Assembly: GCA_016839365.1 (NCBI GenBank)
Contig: JAEOUH010000069.1
Coordinates: forward strand, 33,698 to 97,697
Source of the DNA: Candidatus Hermodarchaeota archaeon
Lineage (GTDB): Archaea; Asgardarchaeota; Hermodarchaeia; Hermodarchaeales; Hermodarchaeaceae
DNA length: 64,000 nucleotides
Direction: 5' to 3'
How positions within the stretch are numbered: position 1 is the stretch's first letter; each line of letters begins with the position of its first letter. The position numbers and the translations under genes are program-made. The notes beneath the pieces are model-generated. The model searched no databases and was not told the DNA's origin. It worked only from the letters and a program-made list of their open reading frames with translations. Shown in pieces: positions 15,724 to 23,877 of the stretch.

Positions 15724-16935
15724 ATGGATATTCTGATGATAGAAATTCGGAAAATTACTAAAAATGAACGCCCCGCCATCATGGATCTTTACCGATATGC
15801 GTACACAAAATGGACAGATCGGGAGGTTAAGAACGAAGAAATTGATGACATTATTGAGGATGAAACTCTGGGCCTGTTTGAACAAGGGCGCCTGGTCTCT
15901 TCTTTAAGGGTCCACGAATTCCAGCAATCAATCCGTGGTGTACTCAAGGATTGTGGAGGGGTAGCCGGGGTTGCCACATACCCGGAGGCACGACGGAAGG
16001 GATATGTACGAAAATTAATGCAGGAAGGTTTCAAGATGATGCGTGAGAAGGGGCAATCGGTCAGTATGCTCGATCCCTTTAAGCAAAGTTACTATGAAAA
16101 ATTCGGGTACGTTGCTGCAAATACTGCCTATATTGTTGAAGCCCCACTCAAACAGCTACGCATATCAGACACGACGCCTCAGAATGTGGATTGGACCTTT
16201 GAAAGGGTTCGCGCAGTAAATGCCAAAGACGAATATCTAAAGTTTGTCCGCGAAGTAGGTCCTAAACAGTATCATGGTTACATCATTTTCAAAACCTTTC
16301 CTGATGCTATGTGGAGACAGCGTACAAAAGAAAGTCTCATTGTCTTTGTCAAACATAAAGGAAAAATTCAGGCTTTAGGCCGGTATCGGATTAAAGGGGA
16401 ACGAATCAAGGCTGAATTCCGCACAAATATGCAAGTGATCGATCTCTTATGGCGAACCCGAGAAGCTCGTGACAAACTCTTTTTCTTCTTCAGACAACAC
16501 TGGGACCAAATCCATAATATCAGCATACATGCTCCCTTCGATACTAAGGTCGAACATTGGTTCAAAGATGCACGTTTGAAGATTGAACGTAAAACTCCTT
16601 GGATGGTTCGCATCATCGACGCAAAGAACGCAATCCAGAATCTTCCAGGCCTTGGAGAAGACATCGTCACCCTTGAAATCACAGATCCTAATTGTCCCTG
16701 GAATAATGGAACTTACTCCCTTCAATCAGAAAAAGGGCGTTTACACCTAACTAAAAGCTCAGGGCATCCTGAAGTAAAAGCTACTATTCAAGCGCTCTCA
16801 GCCTTAGTCTATGGAACACAACTAGTAGAGGAATTAGAGTTTCAAGAGGAACTATCAGTCACAGAAGAATGGGCTAGACATACTCTTCAACGGTGGTTCC
16901 CGCCTCTCCACCTATATAATGTCGTGTACTTCTAA
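15724..16935 (+). CDS. Eis-like GNAT acetyltransferase
   Basis: GVAGVATYPEARRKGYVRKLM acetyl-CoA motif, YEKFGY, MVRIID, DPNCPWNNG and a C-terminal SCP2-like domain. Confidence 0.9.
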   Translation: MDILMIEIRKITKNERPAIMDLYRYAYTKWTDREVKNEEIDDIIEDETLGLFEQGRLVSSLRVHEFQQSIRGVLKDCGGVAGVATYPEARRKGYVRKLMQEGFKMMREKGQSVSMLDPFKQSYYEKFGYVAANTAYIVEAPLKQLRISDTTPQNVDWTFERVRAVNAKDEYLKFVREVGPKQYHGYIIFKTFPDAMWRQRTKESLIVFVKHKGKIQALGRYRIKGERIKAEFRTNMQVIDLLWRTREARDKLFFFFRQHWDQIHNISIHAPFDTKVEHWFKDARLKIERKTPWMVRIIDAKNAIQNLPGLGEDIVTLEITDPNCPWNNGTYSLQSEKGRLHLTKSSGHPEVKATIQALSALVYGTQLVEELEFQEELSVTEEWARHTLQRWFPPLHLYNVVYF

Positions 16936-17009
16936 TGAAAACCGAAACACGAGCCTTTTTTAGGCAGATATTGCATTGAATTGACTCCTAACTCACTGAG
17001 GGTTCAAAA

Positions 17010-17402
17010 ATGGGCTTTGAAATCCCCTTTGATAAAATCCGTGATGCGATTCAACAATACTTAGCATTTAAAGCTGACTCGACGACCCGGACTATTACCT
17101 TGGAATTTAAAGGATCTATTTACGAAGAGATGCCATTTGGGGATATGCTCGAAGATGAAGAGGGACTAAAACGCATGGCCAAGAACTTAATGGACCAAGA
17201 CATCGAATACACCGCAGAGCCATTACCTGAAGGTAAAGGCGTTATCCTTCACTTCGAAACAGATGAGGATTATCAGAAGATGTACAACTTCATTGATGGC
17301 ATTGTCAATGGGAATCTTATCCAAGAACTCATGGCAAAGGTTATGCAATCCATGTTCTCTGCAATAGACAATGATAGCTCCGAATTCGATAATACGACCT
17401 AG
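17010..17402 (+). CDS. Hypothetical acidic protein
   Basis: 130-aa ORF with SD GAGGG; no recognised motif. Confidence 0.65.
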   Translation: MGFEIPFDKIRDAIQQYLAFKADSTTRTITLEFKGSIYEEMPFGDMLEDEEGLKRMAKNLMDQDIEYTAEPLPEGKGVILHFETDEDYQKMYNFIDGIVNGNLIQELMAKVMQSMFSAIDNDSSEFDNTT

Positions 17403-19159
17403 CCAACTTTATCGCACGACCGATTATGCTCCCTCTTTAGGAAAAATCGCTCCACTTCCTGGTTAATGATTGCCCGCATTTTACCCCGGTCAATGTTCGG
17501 ATTGTCGAATTCCGCGGCAACACTCAATAAGTAGCTATTCCGAGCATCATATGTGATAGATAAGGTGGGTTCCTCACCTAACCATCGGTCTTTGTCGGTT
17601 TCAGACCAAGTTACCTTGAGAACATCCGACACACCATCCTGCTTGCTAATGCGGCTTTTCACAGGTCTACTATCAAGGTAGGATTCGAGTTGGGATACAT
17701 TGATGGGTTGATCAAATCGTACATTCATGGAAAGATGGGGTTCACTCTTCCTCGTTAGATATCGCATCATAAAAAACAGACCTGCAGCAACAACTGCCCA
17801 AGCACCTAATGCGAGTAGGAATACAATGCCCATTCCTAGGAGGAATAGGCCTTCAAACAATCCCATGATACTAAGAATTTCAAAAAAGGCCAGTGCCAAA
17901 GTGCCTGCCACAATAACTTCAATAATAGTCAACGCATGACTTGACCGCTCACTGGCTACGAGAACCTCCTCAGTGGAACGGGAACTGTCTTGGAGCGCCT
18001 CATACATACGTTTCATCTGTTTATCCGCTAAGGTGCCCACGACACTTTGTAAACCTTCCACTTCACGCTTCAATCCCTCCACAACCTTCTCAGCGTCGTC
18101 AATTCGGCTCTCCACACGATCAAAGAAACGGCGTATATGTACCTTCTCAGCAAATTCACGTTGGGCTGGACTTGCCTGCTCGTACAAATGGTTCACTTGT
18201 TTTTTCGTAAAACAAACGGTTTCTATCAGATACTGTTTCAGTGTTTCAAGAATCACGCCGTCAGCACCTACTCGTGACAGGGCTTCTTTTGCCTTCGTCA
18301 CGATAGTCGGATCACGTTCTGACTGCTCGAGAATCATCCGACGGATATGCAACGATTCGTCCCATCCAAGCCATAGCCGAGCGAAGTATTCGTCCATGAA
18401 CAAATCTAATGCCCGAACCAACGCATAAAGGCCAACAAAATCCTCGAAATCCTTTAGATTTTGGGTGACCAGGATTGAACCCAAGGTCCCAACAAAAATG
18501 AACGATCCATCCTTGAGGGTTTCTGCTTCCTCAAGGGTACCGATGATCTGCTCGAGCTCGTTCTGATAATCTTCCCCATCCCTGTACTCGGAAGCTGATT
18601 TCAGGTGGGGCGCGATGTCTTCTCCAATCGCCATAATGAATTTTCCACGATTATGAGATTTCCCACGATACATCGCATCAAGAATACGAATCTGATTATG
18701 TGTAAGGAGGGTATCTAGAATAGTCGAGGAATCCACAACAAGGTCAGCGTTGACCCGTGTTAATTTATCTAATGAGACGGTATTGGCGATACCATCGACT
18801 TCAATCAAATCAAGGGCAAACACTACAAGACCTTGCTCGGAGATATGCACAGCAAATTCCTCTTCCTGCACGATTCCTTCGGCTTCAGGAATATCAACTT
18901 GAGCTACAAACTCTACAAATCGGGTCATATCAAAATCATTAACGACAATTCGTGAATGCACAGGATCAGATTCGAAGATGGCATTCTGTGGGAACTCATC
19001 AACTAGTGCAGTCAATAAGGTGCTCTTTAGCCGTTCAAGCGACCCAAGTTTGTGATTGAGTGCAGCAATCTGATTATTCCCAAAGGGAATCCATTCCGAA
19101 ATAATAATCGAAGGGGTCTTGAGAAAAAGGATTTCTTCCAGTTCATCTCTGATAACCAT
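17399..19159 (-). CDS. Hypothetical membrane protein (large soluble domain, coiled stalk, 2 TM, C-terminal domain)
   Basis: 586-aa ORF; long amphipathic helices followed by two hydrophobic segments; SD GGAGG. Confidence 0.7.
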   Translation of the reverse strand: MVIRDELEEILFLKTPSIIISEWIPFGNNQIAALNHKLGSLERLKSTLLTALVDEFPQNAIFESDPVHSRIVVNDFDMTRFVEFVAQVDIPEAEGIVQEEEFAVHISEQGLVVFALDLIEVDGIANTVSLDKLTRVNADLVVDSSTILDTLLTHNQIRILDAMYRGKSHNRGKFIMAIGEDIAPHLKSASEYRDGEDYQNELEQIIGTLEEAETLKDGSFIFVGTLGSILVTQNLKDFEDFVGLYALVRALDLFMDEYFARLWLGWDESLHIRRMILEQSERDPTIVTKAKEALSRVGADGVILETLKQYLIETVCFTKKQVNHLYEQASPAQREFAEKVHIRRFFDRVESRIDDAEKVVEGLKREVEGLQSVVGTLADKQMKRMYEALQDSSRSTEEVLVASERSSHALTIIEVIVAGTLALAFFEILSIMGLFEGLFLLGMGIVFLLALGAWAVVAAGLFFMMRYLTRKSEPHLSMNVRFDQPINVSQLESYLDSRPVKSRISKQDGVSDVLKVTWSETDKDRWLGEEPTLSITYDARNSYLLSVAAEFDNPNIDRGKMRAIINQEVERFFLKREHNRSCDKVG

Positions 19160-19161
19160 GC

Positions 19162-19758
19162 CTACTCCTCCTTGACGCTATTGTGGTCATTTCGGTACGG
19201 CAATCGTAGAAATTTTGCTTTTGATATGTAACTGACATCTTCAATATCGAAAATCCTAATTTCCCGGATACAGTTACAGACAGGACATCGGAAGAAATAC
19301 CGCTCGAAGTTCTCACACTCAATCTGCATCAACTCCCCCTCACAGTCACTGCACCGAATAATCGCATTAACGCCTTCTCGCTCGCTATTTGGAATAGTGG
19401 CAAGAACTTCACGGCCCTTGTCCGTTAACCGATAACCCGTCACCGTTCCATATTGACTTGTGCTGATCTTGAGGTGGTCGAGTAAGCCCATCTCCCGAAG
19501 GTCGTTCAAATCATCAACACCCTCACGCGAGATATTCATGAAACGTCGATAGCCATCTAAACACAGAATGGACATTGCCGCATAATCATAGGTTTCGAAC
19601 ACGCCTTCAACAGTGAGTACATACATCACAGCAAGTAATGGCCCATCCTTGAACCAATGTTCTTGATCATCGGAGGTCTGTTTTTCATGAGCATAAGACC
19701 CGATGAGAAACACTAATTTCTGCTGGTCCTTCGTAAGTTCCACTTTGTCCACCGTCAT
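19162..19758 (-). CDS. Winged-helix protein with C-terminal Zn ribbon
   Basis: DLNDLREMGLL...GYRLTDKGREVL wHTH wing; CSDC and CPVC; 2 nt from the downstream gene. Confidence 0.7.
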   Translation of the reverse strand: MTVDKVELTKDQQKLVFLIGSYAHEKQTSDDQEHWFKDGPLLAVMYVLTVEGVFETYDYAAMSILCLDGYRRFMNISREGVDDLNDLREMGLLDHLKISTSQYGTVTGYRLTDKGREVLATIPNSEREGVNAIIRCSDCEGELMQIECENFERYFFRCPVCNCIREIRIFDIEDVSYISKAKFLRLPYRNDHNSVKEE

Positions 19759-19875
19759 ATCCCCTAAACGCAACAGTAAACAACAATTTCTGACCATAGT
19801 TAAAAAGCTTCATAGTGCTTAACCACTTGGGCTGCAAAGTGTTTAGGAAACCTTAGCGAAAGGAACCTGAATTGG

Positions 19876-21246
19876 ATGATTCGTAACATCCCAGAACTCA
19901 TCAAAGGCCCTCCTCTGACTCAATATGCACGACAGCGCGCTCTAGCACTCCTTAATGTCGCCCTCAATGCGGCAAATCCCCACGTCCTCGTTGAAAATAC
20001 AATCAAAGTCACCAGCCGCACGATTCGGTTTGTCGATAACGAAATAGGGTTTAATGATTTCGACGGAATTTATGTCATCGGCGCTGGAAAAGCGGCAGGT
20101 CGAATGGCCGAAGCCATCGAAAATCTTCTCCAGAATCACCTGGTTGATGGGCTCATCATTGTTCCCGAAAACACCCTCACTACCTATACGCTACACAAGA
20201 TATCCTTGCAAGCTGGTGGGCATCCCGTACCCACCGAATCCAGTATCACTGCCACTCACCAACTGCTTGATCTCATCGACCAATCCCCCAAGGATGCCCT
20301 AATCCTTAGCCTCTTTTCTGGCGGCGGATCCGCCTTACTCGCCGCTCCCACTCCACCACTTACCCTTGAAGACCTCCAACACACAACACGCTTACTCCTA
20401 CAAGCAGGCGTACCAATACACCAACTCAACACGGTTCGCAAACATCTTTCCCAAGTCAAAGGCGGCTATCTCGCACAACACATTCATCCCCGTCGACATT
20501 GGGGGCTACTCATTTCCGATGTACCTGGTGATCAACTCAACATGATTGCCAGCGGTCCCACTCTCCCCGATCCCACCACATTCGCCAATGCAGTGCAAGT
20601 CTTGGAAACCTATGGGGTTTGGGAACAAGTGTCAGCGCAGGTACGAGAGCACCTCGCTGCAGGTCGTGAAGGGAAACTCAAAGATACACCAAAGCCCCAG
20701 GAGCCAGTTTTTGACCATTCGATTCATCAGCTCATCGGGAGTAACCAACTAGCCTGCCAGGCAGTCCTTGAACAAGCTCAACACGAAGGCTTCACCACCC
20801 GTATTTTAACAACCGACTGTGAAGGCGAAGCCCGTGAAGTTGGCGACCAACTCGGCGCCCTCGCAAGAAAATTAACCCAACACCCCGAATCTCATGTGCT
20901 AATAGTTGGTTCGGAAACCACTGTCACCGTCCGGCATGAAGGAAAAGGAGGTCGAAACACCGAGCTCATCACCGCTGCGCTCTCTCATCTCAAAGGAACG
21001 GAAGGTCTTGTCATCGCAAGCCTTGCCACCGATGGGATCGATGGACCCACTAACGCTGCTGGTGCAATAGCTGATGGTGACTCGGTTAATCGGGCTGAAG
21101 ACCTTGCTCTCTCTCCTGTTCAGCTCCTCGAGACCAACTCAACCTACAACCTCTTCTACGCCCTCGAAGATCTGATTATTACCGGACCCACGCACACCAA
21201 TGTCCGCGATGTCACCGTGATCCTCTGGACAGGCACTCCACCCTAA
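19876..21246 (+). CDS. Glycerate 2-kinase (MOFRL family)
   Basis: GAGKAA, HPVP, SGGGSAL, RKHLSQVKGG, SDVPGD, SGPT, GGRN, TDGIDG, TGPTHTNV. Confidence 0.93.
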   Translation: MIRNIPELIKGPPLTQYARQRALALLNVALNAANPHVLVENTIKVTSRTIRFVDNEIGFNDFDGIYVIGAGKAAGRMAEAIENLLQNHLVDGLIIVPENTLTTYTLHKISLQAGGHPVPTESSITATHQLLDLIDQSPKDALILSLFSGGGSALLAAPTPPLTLEDLQHTTRLLLQAGVPIHQLNTVRKHLSQVKGGYLAQHIHPRRHWGLLISDVPGDQLNMIASGPTLPDPTTFANAVQVLETYGVWEQVSAQVREHLAAGREGKLKDTPKPQEPVFDHSIHQLIGSNQLACQAVLEQAQHEGFTTRILTTDCEGEAREVGDQLGALARKLTQHPESHVLIVGSETTVTVRHEGKGGRNTELITAALSHLKGTEGLVIASLATDGIDGPTNAAGAIADGDSVNRAEDLALSPVQLLETNSTYNLFYALEDLIITGPTHTNVRDVTVILWTGTPP

Positions 21247-21271
21247 ATGCCACTCATCATTATTTTGGAAA

Positions 21272-21412
21272 GAACATTGGGAAAAATGGCGGATTAGGCA
21301 CCTCCATAAAAAGGACATTTGTCCTAATAGGACACAATTGGAGGGGAGAGGGAATGGTTTTCTAGGGGGAGATTTTGGGAAGTGCCATTATCTTTCGCCA
21401 AACCCAATGTTC
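21272..21412. repeat. Structured intergenic element, copy 1
   Basis: Nested inverted repeats (GAACATTGGG/CCCAATGTTC, TGGCGGA/TTCGCCA, GGCAC/GTGCC); core blocks recur at 49203-49276. Confidence 0.7.
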
Positions 21413-21538
21413 CCACTTAATGCGCTCAAATGTCTTATTTAAAGATTTCATTTAACGCTGAAACTATAAATCACCTTACGGTCATAAAAATTTGCGTAAA
21501 TCGGCATTCTGTTGATTCATTCCAACTTTGTGGACAGC

Positions 21539-23002
21539 TTATCTCCGGTGTAAATAGGGAGGTTCGGGAAGGTTGGGGTGTCGTTGGTAGTGGTGGTAAA
21601 TGAGATTGAGGATATCGGCGGCTTCGGCGATGTTGGAGAAGACGGGAAGATTGGCGTCGCGGAACTGATTACGGGTTTCCAAGTTTTCTTGTGGATAGCT
21701 AACAGCAGGGACTGCGACAAAGAAGGGTTTTCGGAGCTCACGGACACAATATTGACCGGCTTGAATCATCATGTCCCAATAAGTGGTGGCCATGCCCTGC
21801 AAGTCCATATGGTTAGCCATAAAGTTGACATAGTGAGGGGCGGCTTCGACGATGATGGCGTCGATATTTTTGTCTTCTGCGACATGTCGGATGGTCTTTA
21901 CCGTGTTTTCGGGATAGAAGTAACTGGAAGCCATATCCACGGGATTTCTGATATTCGTGCCCACGGCATTGATGACATCGGATAAAGCTTCAATGGTTTC
22001 TGAACTTAGTCGGGGCACTTCAAAGCCAAAATGGGCAAGTGAATCAGTGCCTGCAACACCTGCTCCGCCACTGATTGCGATAAGAGCAACTCGTTTACCT
22101 GGCGGACGTGGGCAGCGAATAAATGTGACAATTGTGTTCACCAGACGCTCAAAGCTGTCCACGGAAACTGCGCCTGTTTGACGGAGTAAGGCATTCCAGA
22201 TGTCAGTGGATCCAGCTAAGGCTGCGCTATGGCTGGACACAGCTCGTTGACCTTCTTCTGTCACTCCGGATTTCCAGATAACGATGGGCTTGTCGGGAGC
22301 ACAAGTAGCAATAGCCTTGCGTAGACGAGGTCCATCTCGGACACCTTCGATGTAGATGCCGATCACTTGGGTTTTTGGATCTTCGTGAAGATATTCGACC
22401 AGTTCCCAACTGCTGATATCGGCCTCATTGCCATAACTGAAGACTTTACTGCATCCAAGCTTGGTTTCTGTTACCGCAAGATATGCATCAATAGCTTTTC
22501 CACCAGATTGGGAAATGAATCCCACAGGTCCTGGATTCCGTTTTAAATCAGGCCGAAATGCAAAATACGATTCAGGGCATGTCAAACCCATGCAGTTTGG
22601 ACCAAAGGCCCGCATGGGGCTAGCATGTATTTTCTCAGCAATCGCTCGTTCACGTTGCCAGCCTTCTTCTGTGCCAAGTTCACTGAAACCACTAGTAAAG
22701 ATAGTGACACATTTGACACCCTTCGCGATGCATTCATCCAACACCTGCAACACGCTCTGGGCTGGAACCCGTAAAATGGCATAATCCACGGGGTCGGGGA
22801 TCTCACTCAGAGACTTGTAGAACTTGTATCCGAGGGCTTCATCGACCCGTGGGTTCACCGGGTAGAGCTTTCCTGGAAATCCAAAATTGAGAAAGGACCT
22901 GAACCAGTAGAAACCAGCTGAGCGGCTTGTTCCAATTAAAGCGACGGATTTGGAGTGGATGAACTCTTCGAACTGCTGAAAGGTCTTGGCATCCATAGGC
23001 AT
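21539..23002 (-). CDS. Acetate/acyl-CoA ligase (ADP-forming) alpha subunit
   Basis: CoA-binding fold (ALIGTS, YPVNP), GPNCMG, SQSGG, phospho-His SHSAALAG, NPVD. Confidence 0.9.
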   Translation of the reverse strand: MPMDAKTFQQFEEFIHSKSVALIGTSRSAGFYWFRSFLNFGFPGKLYPVNPRVDEALGYKFYKSLSEIPDPVDYAILRVPAQSVLQVLDECIAKGVKCVTIFTSGFSELGTEEGWQRERAIAEKIHASPMRAFGPNCMGLTCPESYFAFRPDLKRNPGPVGFISQSGGKAIDAYLAVTETKLGCSKVFSYGNEADISSWELVEYLHEDPKTQVIGIYIEGVRDGPRLRKAIATCAPDKPIVIWKSGVTEEGQRAVSSHSAALAGSTDIWNALLRQTGAVSVDSFERLVNTIVTFIRCPRPPGKRVALIAISGGAGVAGTDSLAHFGFEVPRLSSETIEALSDVINAVGTNIRNPVDMASSYFYPENTVKTIRHVAEDKNIDAIIVEAAPHYVNFMANHMDLQGMATTYWDMMIQAGQYCVRELRKPFFVAVPAVSYPQENLETRNQFRDANLPVFSNIAEAADILNLIYHHYQRHPNLPEPPYLHRR

Positions 23003-23141
23003 CCCTGAAAGAGACTCGTTCGGATAGGCGAAGGGCAAGGATGTTCTACTATTTTATGCTGTCGTTTATCAGAACTACGTAGCTATGCATCTGTATAGAA
23101 GTCGTCACGTTTTATTGATAGCTGTTCACGCTTCGTTAAAG

Positions 23142-23645
23142 TCAGGATTCCTTCGAGTTGACGAAGATTTGGGGTAATGCCCTTTTAACGGCAAACATCA
23201 CGGCGACGCCAATGGCACACAGGATGGCAGTGCTAATGAGGATGCCTGGCATCAGGAGAATGTAGGGCGTGAAGACCAGGAACTGAAGATAGGCTGGGAC
23301 GCCTAACCCGATGATAAGAGTGGGGTATAACCAGGCGAGGAACCAATAGGGACAGGTTTTCCGGTTCATCACTAATACACCCGCTAGCAGATTGAGGAGG
23401 CTCCCAAAAACAACATCAATGGCTCCTAACCCACCGAAGATATTGGCAACGAAGCCCCCGATAAACAGGGCTAAAGCCATTGGCCAGCCAAGGATGTAGG
23501 GAAAAGGTAACAGCATATCAGCAACGCGAAATTGAATGCCATAATAACTGAGGGATCCTAACGCAATGGTGACCGCTGCATATACAGCAGCCATAATTGC
23601 CATCACGGCAATACCTTGAGTACGATTTAAATTAGTTCGTTTCAT
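23142..23645 (-). CDS. queT: QueT-family queuosine/archaeosine precursor transporter
   Basis: AAVYAAVT...LSYYGIQFRVAD...GGFVANIFG..G.IDVVFGSL; SD GAGGTG before ATG 23645. Confidence 0.85.
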   Translation of the reverse strand: MKRTNLNRTQGIAVMAIMAAVYAAVTIALGSLSYYGIQFRVADMLLPFPYILGWPMALALFIGGFVANIFGGLGAIDVVFGSLLNLLAGVLVMNRKTCPYWFLAWLYPTLIIGLGVPAYLQFLVFTPYILLMPGILISTAILCAIGVAVMFAVKRALPQIFVNSKES

Positions 23646-23743
23646 GACAATGACACCTCGCAGCCCGGGATTTATTTGAATGAGCGGAACTCGGCACGAG
23701 GAACCCACCCGCTCGGAAATCGCCACGTTTTTGCTCCTTATAA
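23646..23743 (-). promoter_or_regulatory. queT promoter and structured 5' leader (candidate riboswitch)
   Basis: TTATAA at 23738-23743; leader stem GAGCGG/CCGCUC whose loop CCUCG is complementary to the SD-overlapping CGAGG. Confidence 0.45.
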
Positions 23744-23877
23744 CTGCTTTGTCAAATCAACCAACATTCATAAAAGGGATGAGTATCTGTGCTTGGAGTC
23801 TCACGAACTTGAAGTAAACTTCTAATTATAAAAGGAGTTACACACGAAACCAATAGACTGCAAGGGTGGGCAACACG

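Noticed and set aside
23646-23726. N-terminal extension of QueT in the ORF track
   Set aside because: The SD and ATG at 23645 and a TATA at 23738-23743 indicate this is 5' leader
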